This document shows, piece after piece, positions 33,145 through 46,065 of a stretch of 64,000 bases of DNA (the stretch's first letter is position 1; each line of letters starts with the position of its first letter). The stretch lies in contig CM121341.1 of assembly GCA_051530055.1 (NCBI GenBank), positions 18,330,784 through 18,394,783 of the forward strand, given 5' to 3'. Position numbers and translations under genes: made by a program. The stretch is from Neoechinorhynchus agilis. Its lineage: Eukaryota; Animalia; Acanthocephala. Under the pieces are notes generated by a model. That model was given only the letters and a program-made list of their open reading frames with translations, ran no database searches and had not been told where the DNA came from.

Positions 33145-34625
33145 TCACCACCGTCCGCCAAATTGGAGCTTCTCTCCTTCCTCGGCTGTCGCTATCATGC
33201 TAGCAGCATTGCCTCGTTGTACTGCGAGCGAGATATTTTGTCGCAGAAATACACCTGCTTGTGCGTCGCCGGTTGTTTCTCTCAATTTCTTCGAGAGATC
33301 CTGGAGCAGAGTGAGTGCCGAACGGCCAAGTGCTCCATACGTCTCTACTCCGAAGGGGACAAAATAGTGGAACCTTGCTAATTCTCTATATTTTCGTACC
33401 TTCCTCCCTTCCGCTGCTCTGGCTGCACCTCCAGGGATTTCGAGAGAGTACGCAATGTTGCCAACTGCGAGGGTGTCCACACACGTGGCGTCCCAGAGAA
33501 TGCATTTGCCCTCCCGCCACGGAAAGACCGAAATTCCGTCAGGTCGACGACCGTCTAGTCGACAAAGATGGGCGGGTTTCAAGATGTTGGGGAAGTTCGC
33601 CGTTCTCAACGCCCGAGAAATTACGCTGTTGATCTCAGAATGGCGTGAGAACCTTCCTCCTGACTTTCGGCAAACGAGACTGTGTCGCCCGAAAGCATCA
33701 ACCAAAGACCCACATCGACAGCGATGGGGCGTGCATATCGGGAGACCAAGCCTTAAGGACACCTCGATCCTCGTTACCTCATTAGTGAGAAGACTTCCCA
33801 CAGATGCCAGAGGAACAGCCCCCAACCACGCCCCCGATTCTCGTGTCGAAACTGCCAACAATCTAGCTCGGACGTCCCCATCGCGAGAACCTGAAAGTAG
33901 AGAGTTGCGAGCTCTCGCGACGAGAGGTCTGTCCCATATCGACTGTCTGAGGCCATTCACGGGAACATGGTTAGCGCGTGTCTGCTGGCACCATTCCTAA
34001 ACTGCCACCACAAAGTCCAGGTCAAGACAGAACTTTTCCCTCAGAATTATCTTCGCTATCGGTTGACTCCCCTCATACGATCCAAGAAAGGCCGGCAAGG
34101 CAAGGTCTACTAGCGCCCGAATGCCCAATCCCCCAGATGACACAGGCAATGAAGCTTGTCGCCACTCCTCATCTGAGAGCTGGACATTTAAAATGCGCTC
34201 GAGACAAGCCCTCACCTTGTTGTCGAGCTTAGCCAATCCTTCCTTATGTTTGAAGAATGTTGCTGTGCGGAGGACCTTATATAACAATTTGGGGATAAAG
34301 AGTTCGTTCTTTATCAGAAATAACGCTTCGTGGGCCGAAAGAGCGCTCACCCTATCGCACAGCAACGAAATTTTCGGTATGATACGGCCGACCTCAGATT
34401 CCACATTTGAATCAAAGACGCAACTATCCAGGAGGCGGAGTTGCTCTGGAGTCGCGAGTTTCAGAACTGGAGCTACGGCCTCGAACCCATACATTAGCTC
34501 CTTGACTTTGGCAGCGTCTTCGATATTTAATACTAGGAGCTCACACTTTTCAGCATTAAGCTCAACGCCAAATCTCGCAGTCTCCCTAATCAGCGTCTTC
34601 AAGTCGAGTGCAATGCTTCCATTTT
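33145..34625 (-). mobile_element. 5'-truncated CRE-like non-LTR retrotransposon (RT C-terminus + REL endonuclease)
   Basis: LNAEKCE, WRQASLPVSSGGLGIR, CRCG...HSLVC...SRHSEIN, RPDG...WDATCVDTLA, E..K..KY, PFGVETYG, ISLAVQRGNA. A-rich 3' tail. Confidence 0.92.
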
Positions 34626-35869
34626 GATTAGTCTCCCCTCATTTCCATCCGCGTCTTTATGTGATGCTTCAAATTGATGAAACGCAAAGTAGAACTTATT
34701 GTCTTGGAATATTATCTTCGGGGGAAAAGATACATTCTTTTGGTAGTTTTGAAACACCGTATTTAAGTTCAATAATTTATTTCCGATGTTTCGTCGAATA
34801 ATTCCGACAATATCAAGGTTTGCCATCTAAAACACGAAAATTAGCGTTATCCGACTAACTAGTTATCATCGGGAGATTTCCAAGTATCGCTTTCTTGATT
34901 GCGAATAAACTCCTCGGATAAAATAAATTTCTTGTCTTTTTCGACGCATCATCCAGCCAACCAAAACCCGATCTAAAAGCTGTCGGGACCTGATTGGTTT
35001 TTGTCAATACATGAATTTAAAAAAGTACACAAACCTTTTGCATTGAATCGGCACTTTGTGCATCCGAACTTTTAATCGAAGATCCGTCTGGGTTTGCTTC
35101 GAGGGCAATCGCTTTTGGCCGCAATGAAACACTCGATGAAAATGGGCTATGTATTGCATTTTGTTTCACAAGTGCCAAGGTTTTAATTTTTTTAGCCTTA
35201 TAAGTTGTCAGGTGGACCGATTCCTTCTGGCTCATATCATCGAGAAATTAAAATGCTAAAGAGAGCTATTTTGTTTTAATGACAACAATTTTCATTTCTT
35301 ACATTTACAAAATAGTTAAAGGTCTTACAAAAAATCATTCAAAAACACAAATCATTAAGTTAGAATCAATTTCTAGTTCTGTAATTTACGCCCGTTGATC
35401 TCCAAGGAACACGAAAAGGAATTTAAAAAGATTCAGCATTTTACAAATTCATTACAAAAATCTAATACTTCTTCCAATTTTCATGTCCGACAGAATAAGT
35501 GATTCCAATGAATCAAGCCCCATCAAATGTAGCGCTCGCTGTTTACAGATAAAAGTGGCGCTGCGATATCCCAGAACAATTGGTTTCCGTCCCATTATCT
35601 TTCTGACGATCCTGGTGGACTTTTGATGCAGCCTAATATGATGGCGCGACAATTGATGGGATCTGAAAAGGTTTTTTCGTAGTGTAGGTGAAAAGTTAAG
35701 CAAGTGTTTCCCGGTTTCGGCTTCTTCTATCCTTCTCCAAAATGATCCATCAGTTCGTTTTGTGCAGCGCCCAACTACAAAGGAAAATTTTCTCATTAGA
35801 ATTGCTTAGGAAGAGATGAGAGAATACACGTAATTCAGATTAACTGGAAATCATCGACTACGCTACTAT

Positions 35870-36105
35870 AGCATCAAGCCCGTTCCCTTGGTTGTAGCTT
35901 CGCTAGGCTGAGTGAAGAAAGGAGCAGTAGGAATCGCAATAATTCAAACAAAAAATTGACAGCCTTATTTCCCCGCTGTCACTCCCCTAGATCGTTCTCT
36001 TGGCTGTGTTTTCGCTAGGTTGACAGCCTTGTTTCTCAGCGTTTACTCCTCTAACCCGTTCCTTTGGTTTGGTTTCACTAGGCTGCATGAAGAAAGAGAC
36101 AGTAG
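35870..36105 (+). repeat. Dispersed repeat with internal tandem subunit (also 47990-48255)
   Basis: CCCGTTCCCTT...CTAGGCTGA.TGAAGAAAG.GACAGTAG occurs twice here and twice at 48.05-48.25 kb. Confidence 0.7.
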
Positions 36106-37426
36106 TGTTGTATTCTGCATCGATTTATTTATTTTATTTATAGAAGGAGCTTAAAAGTTTGTCTCGATACACACATGGTTAAGTTCTTCATATCTTTGGT
36201 TGATTGGTCTTTTCGACATCTTTCTTTTTCGGCTTGAATTTATCGTTCACTTTCACACAACGGAGGCGCTAAGCCGTACTCGAAGGAGCAAGGCCAACCC
36301 TCTTTTTGGGACCGATGGGCGATCTCAAAACCTGACCCCACCCCTTCAAGCAGCCTTGCACACCCGTGGAACTCAGCGGCCGGTGGCGTTGAACCTTCGA
36401 CATAACAAGCGCATTGTGAACGCGCATACCGCACGGCCACTGGGCCCCACATGGATTTGAATAACTGGTTTTCATTATGTCACACGAACCAGCTTCCGCA
36501 CCACACATTACTGTATATAGTAACAATTCCGTATGGTACTAATCGATATATAAAAATATAAATCAATATATAACATTTCCTCCCCCTTCACTCTAGGTGT
36601 TCCGAAACCTGGGAGGTGGTCGTCGAATTCGGCTACTTCTCCGCAAGGTCCGCGTGTTGATCATTTCGGGGGCTTCTTTACCATCGTCTGTTCGTGGGTC
36701 CCTTTCGGTTCCGTCTTCCTCCCGATCTGGGGACGCTATATTTGCTGGCGGGATCGGATTTGTCACATGTTCTGTGGGTACTGCTTGGCTTCTCATATGG
36801 TCTGCGTGGACCCTCAACGTTCTGTTATCCTGCGTGACCATGTCGTAGGACGCCCATGCCCTTTTTGCGATCACTTCCCCTTGGCGCCATGGATCCTCTT
36901 TTCTGTGTCGAAACCATACTCCCTGTGCTCTGAAATCCCGCGGTTTCGTCTTCTGGTCGTACGCAGCCTTGTGGTTGACTTGCATTTTTCGAGCCGTGGT
37001 TTGAGGAGTTGGCTTGATCCGATCTAGTAACGTAGGCAGCCTTGTTCCGAACATCATCTTGGCAGATGAATTACCGATATTGCGGTAGCTCATCAGAAAT
37101 TGCTGTAGCTGCGTGTGTCGATCTGCTGCCCACATCATCTGATAACCCTCTCTTTGAACGTCCGCACTATCCGTTCTGCTAGTCCATTTGATTTAGGATG
37201 GTAGGGTGTAACTTGTCCACGTTGGATTCTATTATCTTGAAGAAATTTCTGGAACTCTCTGGAGATGAATGGCGGACCATTATTACTAACGCTAATATTT
37301 CCCTTAGTGTTCGTATTACCATGGACGCTGTCGTCGATCTCATCTCGATGATTTCGGGCCATTTCGTTGTTGTGTCTACCAAACCTTCCAACCCAGCTTT
37401 CGATATCGGAATCTAACCTGGGCTAC

Positions 37427-40400
37427 TGTCGCATTGTATTCTTTTTTTAGCGACATTTTTTATTCAACACTTCATCACACACACCTATTTTTAACCCTAC
37501 ATGATAAATCGATCAAGCGTGTGTTAATCGACCAGTCGACCAATCGATTAAAAACGTGTTAATCGACCTATCACATCTTCTCCCCCTCTGAGATATTGAT
37601 CATATGGTCTTGTGGGTCTCCTTCGGTTTCTAGAGCTTCGTCTCAATTCCGGGATCGCTATCTTTTCCTCTGTACCTGTTTCAACTCTATCTTCGCCTTC
37701 ACAGGTTCTGTCTTCTTTTTCGATAGGTCGTGGTTCCATAATGTTTTCGCTTTCTTTCTTTTTTTCGGGTTCCTCGTCTACTGTCTCTTTTTTTGGTGAC
37801 TCTTGGTCATGGATTCTCGTTCTTATTTGATCCGCGTGATATCGCTGTCTATCTTTCCCTGTTTTGATTCGGTACGAGTTTGGTCCAGTCTGAGCTAGGA
37901 CGATGCCTTCATTCCATTCATTTCGTCTGCTATCTCGTACCCAAACTGTATCATTTTCGTCGAATTTCCTTATTTCGCTTTTACCGTCATGTCGCTCTTT
38001 CATCTTTCTCAGATTTCGTTTGATCGTCTTCTCCGTTGTTGGTCGTAGGTTATCTAGACATGTGGCTATTCTCCTTCCGAACATTAACTCCGATGGCGCT
38101 TTTCCAGTAGTGCTGTGCGGTGTATTTCGATATGCGAGTAGAAACCTTTGGATGTCTCTCTTTCTATCCGTAGTCTTGGTCAACAACGCCCTTAATTTTA
38201 ACGTCTTTATGAATCTCTCCACCAATCCATTAGTTTTCGGATGATGTGGGGTTGTTCGCACAGCATCGATTCCATTAGCTTGACAGAACGCTCTGAATTC
38301 GTGGCTCGCAAATTGGGGGCCATTATCGGAAACGATTGTTTCTGGTACCCCAAATCTCACAAATAATTCGCGTACTCGATTGACGACATTATCCGTTGAG
38401 AAATTGTTGCCAGACCATACTTCGGGCCATTTTGTGTATGCGTCCATTGCCACCAGGTACAACTTTCCTTCGATAGGGCCGGCTATGTCCAGATGTATTC
38501 GCTTACCAGGACCTTGTGGAACATCCCAATTGATCAACGGGACCTCGCGTGCTTCAGGGCGCAATCGTTGACAATTTTGGCAGGTATTTATTTCCCTAAT
38601 AATGTTGTGATCCAATTCCGGCCACCAACAATAATAACGCGATAAGGCCTTCATGGCGTTCTCTCCTGGATGTCCGTGATGCATTATTTTAAGAAAATGG
38701 CTTCGAAGAGATTCTGGCACCACTATTCTTTGATTATACATCACTATGCCGTCTTCTATGTTGAGTTCATTCTTTCTATTGTAAATAGCCGCAGATACAT
38801 CTCCGCATCGTTTCGGTCATCCTTCGATTAAACAACGCTTCACCTTCGCCAACTGCTTATCCGTCATCGTGGCCTTTCGTAAGCCTTCTATGCTTAAATC
38901 GAAACGGTCCGTCTTCTCCGTTTGGATTAGCCTGATCAACTTTATTTCACTGACACTGCTCATATCGTTCGCTGTTTGATCCGGCATCCTTGACAGTGTA
39001 TCCGCAATCGAATTTTCAATTCCTGGAATATGACTGATCTCATATTCGTATTGCGCCAGGAAAAGTGCCCATCGTACTATTCTATTATTCGTCAGCTTCG
39101 GTAATTCTCTGTTCCTTCCAAAAATAAACTCTAATGGTTTATGATCGGTATGTAACTGAAAACGACGTCCATATAAATACTCGTGAAAATATTTCACTCC
39201 GTATACCAAGGCTAAGGCTTCCTTTTCAATCGACGAATAATTTAGTTCGGCTGCTTGCAATAGTCGAGATGCAAAAGCTATCGGAACAAGACCCTCCGGT
39301 GTGCGATGAAACAACGCTGCGCCAAGTCCTCGCTCGCTGGCATCACAAGTGAGCGTTATTGGCGTTCGCTCATCGAATGGGATGAGTTCTTGAGAATTTT
39401 TCAAACTTTCTTTAATATTGTCGAAACAATTCTGGTGTTCGTCCGTCCACTCCCATATACTTTTAGACGAAACTAACCTGTAAAGACGCTCGCATGTATT
39501 CTGAAAATTTGGAACAAATCGAATGTGGAAGTTCGCTAAACCGAGGAATGATCGAAGCTCCTTTTGATTTCGCGGACTGACTGCATTCGTGAGAGCTCTG
39601 GTCTTATCATCCGTCACACATATTCTGTTGTTTTTGAAGGTATACCCCAGATATTTCACTTCGGTCTTCATGAACATTTCTCAGGTGATACTTTGAGATT
39701 GACATCCAGCAGACGTTGAAATACTTGTTCCAAAGTTTTCCGATGAGTAGTCATGTTTTCGGTTCCTATGATAATATCGTCCAAATACGCGCATACTCCC
39801 TGGATTCCTTTGAGAAGATCATCGATGTAATTCTGGAAGATAGCTGGCGCGGCTGATATTCCGAATGGTAATCTCGTGAATCTATATGTTCCCCATGGAG
39901 TACTGATCGATAGTAACTTACTGCTTTCATCATCCATTGGTAGTTGCAGGTAAGCTTCTTTCAGATCGATTACAGAGTACAATCTACTACCCGCTATCTG
40001 ATGAGCAATGTCCTCGAACGTCGGCATTATGTGGGTTCCGTCTTTCAAAAATTTGTTAATTGTGACTCGGAAATCCCCACATAAACGAATTTTCCCCGAA
40101 GGTTTCCTAACAACTACTAACGGTGTCAACCAATCGGGACTTTCCTTATTGCTATCCACGGGAACGAGGATACCTGCATCGACCAATCGATCGATTTCGT
40201 TCTTAACCGGTCGTTGAAGAGAATAAGAAATCCTTCTCGGAGCCCATTTAACCGGTTGCTTATTCTGCTCCATGAATAATTTCACCACCATGTTGTTGAT
40301 AGGTGTGACACTTGGTTCGAAGACAGCTCTGTAATTTTTCTTATATTCGTCAAATTCGGACTTCCTATTGCTTTCCAGACCTTTTCGTTAATGATAGAGA

Positions 40401-41666
40401 CGGTGGCACCTGTATCAAACTCCATTCTTATTGGTCTTGCGTTGATCTGTATGTCTAAGCAGGCTACCTTCCTACCGCTCACCCGATTGATTATATCCAT
40501 TTTATCCGCATCCACATCACTATTGATCGATAAGCAAGGGGATCTCGTGCCATTTCGACTTTCTCGCACTTTAAACACTTTTGATCGACAACAACGTGCA
40601 TAGTGCCCGATTTTGTTGCATTTGCGACAACGTGATTTCGTTGCCGGACATCCTGAACCAGGTTTATGTGACCATCCACAATTGTTACAAGCCTCGTTGT
40701 CCAGAGCATCTTTATCTCTGTATACTTTTCGTTGGCTCCATCCCCTCCTTCGAGATTCGAAACTCTTTCCCTCTATCCGATTTATATCCGGATTTCTAAC
40801 ATAACTTTCCCTGCTTGCGCTGATTATCTTTTGTGCATTATCGCTAGCCTCCATTGTTTTCGCTAATTCTAACAGCCTTTCGAGTGTCATGTCCTTTGAT
40901 TGCATTGCTACCCTTCTAAGGGAGTCATTTGGCGTATTCAGTATTACGACGTCCTTAATCCGATCCTCCACGGCGTTTCTCTCATTCTTAATATCCTCTG
41001 AGAAAAAATTACAACCGCGTGCCGCTCCCCTCAACTCCGTCACCCATTCTTCATGTGTTTGGCATTCCTCCTTCTTCTTGGAGTTAAACATATATCGTGC
41101 CAAAATCTCAGGAACCTCTGTCTGGAAATGTCGCTCTAACGTCTCCAGTGGTTCACTATATGGCATATTCAATAAGTCTTGAGCGGCTGTTATCTTCTTT
41201 ATCGTTTCATATGTGTCAGCCCCAATCCAGGCTAGCAAACTTGATTTCTGATACTCGCTTCCGTCAATTCCATTCGCTTTCATGTATTCATTCACTTGTT
41301 CCATATACTCGCACCACGATTGTTTTGTGGAATCGAATGGTCGGAATGGACTCACTGTCTTCTTTTCTGGGTTTTCTAATTGTCCAGTACATTTCATGAC
41401 TTTGAACATCTCCATAATCATCGCATTCTGTTGCTGCTGTTGCTGTAACAACTCTTTGATTTGGGTTGCTTGATCCTTCAGGATTTCGCCCAACGGGATC
41501 CCACCCTCGTCGCCAGATGTCGCATTGTATTCTTTTTTTAGCGACATTTTTTATTCAACACTTCATCACACACACCTATTTTTAAACCTACATGATAAAT
41601 CGATCAAGCGTGTGTTAATCGACCAGTCGACCAATCGATTAAAAACGTGTTAATCGACCTATCGCA
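37427..41666 (-). mobile_element. Structurally complete 4240-bp Gypsy (Mag-like) element with 149-bp LTRs
   Basis: LTRs 37427-37575 and 41518-41666 differ at 2 positions. 5-bp TSD GCTAC, PPT at 37576-37590 and PBS at 41498-41515. gag with tandem Cys/His knuckles, protease FDTGA, RT YLDD, RNaseH and integrase. An apparent deletion after the protease, frameshifts and one TGA at a GWP motif make it non-functional. Confidence 0.96.
41498..41515 (-). other. Primer-binding site complementary to tRNA-Ser(GCU) 3' end
   Basis: TGGCGACGAGGGTGGGAT lies 2 nt after the LTR and is the complement of ATCCCACCCTCGTCGCCA, the typical metazoan tRNA-Ser(GCU) 3' end. Confidence 0.8.
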
Positions 41667-42742
41667 GCTACCACACATAATATCTCGATAGGTTTCCGCC
41701 AAGACTGTGTTTAGCATATCACTTAGAACGACGATTTGACCTGGCATCATGATAATGCCCCCTTCAACTGGTAGCTCGTCCTTGTGGCTCGCATAAAGAT
41801 GAAACGCGCTTGGGATCTTGTTGGGTTAATTCGTTTCGACATACTTTCTCACCATACATAATTCGGAGTCTGTTCCAGTTGCGATTTTCAAAGATTGCAA
41901 TGATAATGTCAAGACTTCAGATATTTCATTTTGCGTCTCTTCTATGAGGTTAGTACTTTCTGGACTGTCCCCCGTTCTTGAGCTAAACCTCGATAGTACG
42001 TCTGCCATTGCATTTTTCTTACCCTCAATGTGAACTAACTGATAATTGTACTGGGACATGACAATCGCCCAGCGTACTAGTCTGTGGTTTGAAGTCTTGT
42101 AAGTTCCGATTTTCTCCGAAAATGAATTGTAAGGGTTTGTGGTCACTCACCAACGTGAAGGCACGTCCCATCAGGTAAAAATTAAACTTCGTCACGCCGT
42201 ACACCAGTGCCAATGCTTCCTGTTCAATCTGGGCATACCTCTGTTCGGCTGGTTGGAGAATCCTCGAGCAATAAGCGACCGGTCTGAACTGTCCTTCGGT
42301 TTCTTTCTGAAGTAAAAAAAAGCAGCTAGGCCCTTTTCGCAAGCGTCGCACATGAAGCGTAGCGGACTCTCGCCATCGTACGGTATGAGTACTTGAACAC
42401 TGTACAGCGCATTTTTGATGTCCTCAATTGGCTTATCTTGCTCCGCTCTTCAGTGCCAACTTACTTCTTTTTTAATAGGCGATATAAGGGTGTGCACTTA
42501 GACTGCTGGTTCGGAATAAATCTTTCCACGAAATTGACCGCACCGATAAACGCTCAGAGCTATGTTACATTGGTTGGGCTATTCATTGAACGAATCGCTT
42601 CAATTCTCTCCTCGTCCGGTTTTATTTGATTAGTCTCGAGCACATGCCCTAGGAACTGGATCCTTTGCTGCATGACCGAGCACTTTTCATTCTTAGCTTT
42701 CATTCCACTATCAGATAACCTCTTAAGTACTTCCTTGAGATT

Positions 42743-42954
42743 GGTTGTTTTGGAGAACTACAATTGATTATCTATTAAATTCAATATTTCGATCCCCTAC
42801 CTTAGATCTTCTTCAGAATTGTTGGTAGAGTGAACACTTTGTGTAAAACTTACCAACAATTCTGAAAAGGATCTAAGATAGGGGATCCAAATAATGAATT
42901 TAATAAATAATCAATTGTAGTTCTCCAAAAGAACCAACAAACTATGAATCATCT
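42743..42954. mobile_element. Fold-back double-hammerhead mini-element inserted in Gypsy RT with 12-bp TSD
   Basis: Inverted arms 42743-42935 plus a 19-nt tail. TTCCTTGAGATT at 42731-42742 and 42955-42966. Minus-arm core CTGAAGA-A-GATCT...GGATC-GAAATATT. Confidence 0.85.
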
Positions 42955-43589
42955 TTCCTTGAGATTTTCAAGATGGGATTGATCATTATTCCCGGCTACA
43001 ATTACATCATCTAAGTAGACCGAAACATTCGGAATCCCGTGCAACAAGTCACTCATATAACGTTGAAATATAAGTGGCGCGGCCGACACTCCGTAAGACG
43101 GTCTACAGAATTTGTAGTGGCCGATCGGAGTGGAGATTGTTAGTATTGATCTGTACTTCGATTCGACAAGCATTTACAGGTATGCCTCTTTTAGATCGAT
43201 CATCGAATATTTCTGTCCACCTGCGATTGGGTACATCGATTCTTCTTCAAATGTTGGCATAATGTATGAGTTAGTCGTCAAATGTAGATTGATTTTTGCT
43301 CTGAAGTAGCCACATAATCGTATCCCTCCATTCCGTTTCTTGACCACAACGATTGGAGTCACCCACTCTATCGCTTCCTTTGATGCGTCGACCGATTCGA
43401 GAATTCCAGATGATACCATTCGGTTGATCTCTTCGCTTATCGGTTCGCAAAGCATTATAGGTATCTTTCTCGATGGTATACACTTTAGAGTTGCTTGTGG
43501 CGAGATAATTTCGCTTAAAAATTCTTAATGTGCCTTGTCCTTGATGCGAACAAATCTTTCATCTCCATTAGCAGCTTTTCTTGCTCGTC

Positions 43590-44030
43590 AATGTTAACCT
43601 TAAAAGTGATTTGGGATGCAAAGGGTTACTAGGGACGTGTATTTAGAGATGAGGGAAGAAAATTGTGAAGGGGGTTGAAGAAGACGGAGGGCGTTTTTGG
43701 ATAAAATGGAGTTGAAGTGGGCGTCGAGGGGAGGGAGTGAAGTCCCGCATATTCTCACTGCTCTCTTGTGGAAGGTTTTGAGGGAATGGAGAGCATTGGC
43801 GGAAAGGACGAGGAGAGTGTGGAAGGCGTATGTAAGGATAGGGAGGATGGCAGAGAGATAAAAGTGGGCAAGGTGTTTAGGGGAAACGCCGAGACGCCGG
43901 AGGAGCTTGAGGAGGTAAAGACGAGGGTTTGTTTTAGGGAGTGTAAATGAAATGTGGGCACCCCATTTAAGGTTTTCTTGTAAAATCAGGCCCAGCATTC
44001 GGAGGGGAAAGACCACATCTTCCACAGTGC
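43590..44030 (-). mobile_element. 5'-truncated, 3'-incomplete copy of the 9960-12900 LINE family
   Basis: LILQENLKWGAHISFT...LYLLKLLRRLGVSPKHLAHFY is highly similar to the 12077-12730 ORF. Confidence 0.9.
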
Positions 44031-46065
44031 ACGCCACTGTCTAATCTTTGTTCGGCGGTTGTTTCGCGTCTCCTCGGTCCCACTCGGGTCGTCGAGTCTC
44101 AGGATCTGCGTCCTAATCTCTTCGGGTGGAGTAAGGATGAGAAGATCCCGCAGTCGATCCTCAATCGCCTCGTTTTCGGTTAATTTCTTTTATGGGAGAA
44201 ATTGACAATTATTCGCGATCCCATGAGCTTCTGCCATCCATTGTAATTGATTCTGCTTAGACCTGCAAAAAAATTTTGTATTTTTCCTATTAGTTGATGT
44301 CTGGGGTCCGCTCCATGCGAGCAAGTGAGCTTTCTTGTCATTTTCCTTCATGCCACGGGCAACGAAGTGTTGCTCTAGTTGCCCCACATGGTCGGGACCA
44401 TGTCTTCTTGTCGCAAGCGAATTGGCAGAATTGAGGCACTGATGCTCGAAGTACCTGTTTTCCCTGCTTCAGTTCGAGACTTCGTTCGTGCAATTCGCGA
44501 TTCCGTAATTGTTCCTGCCTATTCTTGTGCCATATCCGCTTTACCCTCGTCACCGATTGTTTTGTTCTCCATGGATGTGAATAACTGGTTTTTTATTATG
44601 TCCCCTCACACGCGCCTCCGCACCACACACTTTATTTTATTTTATTTTATCCTTACAGTCAGACATACACATGGTTATGTTCTTCAGATTGATTGATTGG
44701 TCTTGCGACATCTTCTTTTGAGCCTTTCGGCTATATTCCTTTTTTGGAGCCTTTCGGCTGACTTGCACACATCGGATGCGCTTAGCCGCACTTGAAGGGC
44801 CAGGGCCAACCCAACTTTTGGGGCCGATGGACGATCTCAAACCTGACGCCCCACCCTTCCAGCAGCCTAGCACACCCGTGGAACCCAGCGACCGGTGGCG
44901 TTGAACCATCGACATACCGAGCGCATTGTGAACACGCACACCACACGGCCACTGGGCCCCACGCACCACACACACCGCTACATATACTAATAATTTCGTA
45001 TGGCACAAATGGAAATATAAAAATATGAATCAATATATAACACTTAACAGCGAGAATGACATTATCAATCAAAATTTTAACCTGCTTTCAGTTAGCATCC
45101 GTAAAATTCCACCTTTATTCCGGTTACGCAACTTTATAATTGAATAAATATTTTTTTTACCAATATGTATCTATAAGTAATCAAGTTTCAAATCATTTCA
45201 CTTTTTCCACTACTAAACTCCTCTCTTGCTTTCGAGATGCTAGAAAAAGTAACCCGATGAAAGCGTAGATCACGTAATGATCCACAAATTATACCGGCAA
45301 TATTCAACTGTGTCGAGCAGAGAATCGCATACACCAAAGAAGATTCGTTCCGGAATAAGTATTTGATGAGTTTATACACTATTTTCTGCACTATTTGTAG
45401 AAAATCCTTGTTTCCCAACTCTTGAAGATGTTTGAACATAAGAAAATTAACTCTTCTGGATAAGTCCACAAAAGTCATATTTAAATCTTTGACGATACGA
45501 TTGTGATATTGGGAACCGAAAATTGTCCCAATTAATTCTTGTTCACTTTAAGCAAGAAGTCCTGCTTAATCGATGAACCCTTTCACACCGGGTAACCCCA
45601 TTCGAAACTTCACATTCACTCGATATAAACCAATGTTTTACACTTCGTACGATCAATTGGTGCGGGTGCAATATTAGCGGGAAAATCTCCAAGATTTTAA
45701 TTGTCGTTTTGAGAAGACAGCACTTGCTTGAAACATTGACGTGATCCGCGTAATAGAGAAAGTGATTTTAGAGATATGATATTGTAAGAAAAAAAGTGAA
45801 TTTAAAAAGCGAAACTTTAAAAGTCGAGCCTAAGAACATAGTAATATACTAAAGAAGAAAAGTAGAAGTTCATTGGCAAACAAGCGAAAATTAGATCACG
45901 ACAATCATACACACCTAAAACTTTAAATATAATAGAAATAAACGAAAGCAAAAGATGAACTCCAAGCGAAAATCGATCGATTGCCGGTAAAATGGTGAAA
46001 TAGATGTAAAATAAAAACCTTCACAAGTATGCCAACTAAGTTTTACTAAGTCTAAAATTCTACCA

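Larger units (their letters stand above)
36106..45042 (-). mobile_element. Old Gypsy (Mag-like) LTR retrotransposon hosting three nested insertions
   Basis: LTRs ~44558-45042 and ~36106-36575 (TG start, PPT AGAGTGAAGGGGGAGGAAA at 36576-36594). Degenerate PBS at ~44540-44556. gag (EQHFVARG), RT (SMIDLKEAYL, YLDD), RNaseH (AYCSRIL, SDHKPL) and integrase remnants. No TSD match, so the two LTRs may belong to different copies. Confidence 0.75.

Noticed and set aside
34630-35800. Host gene fragments on the minus strand beside the CRE 5' junction
   Set aside because: Only short, low-complexity ORFs without identifiable domains.
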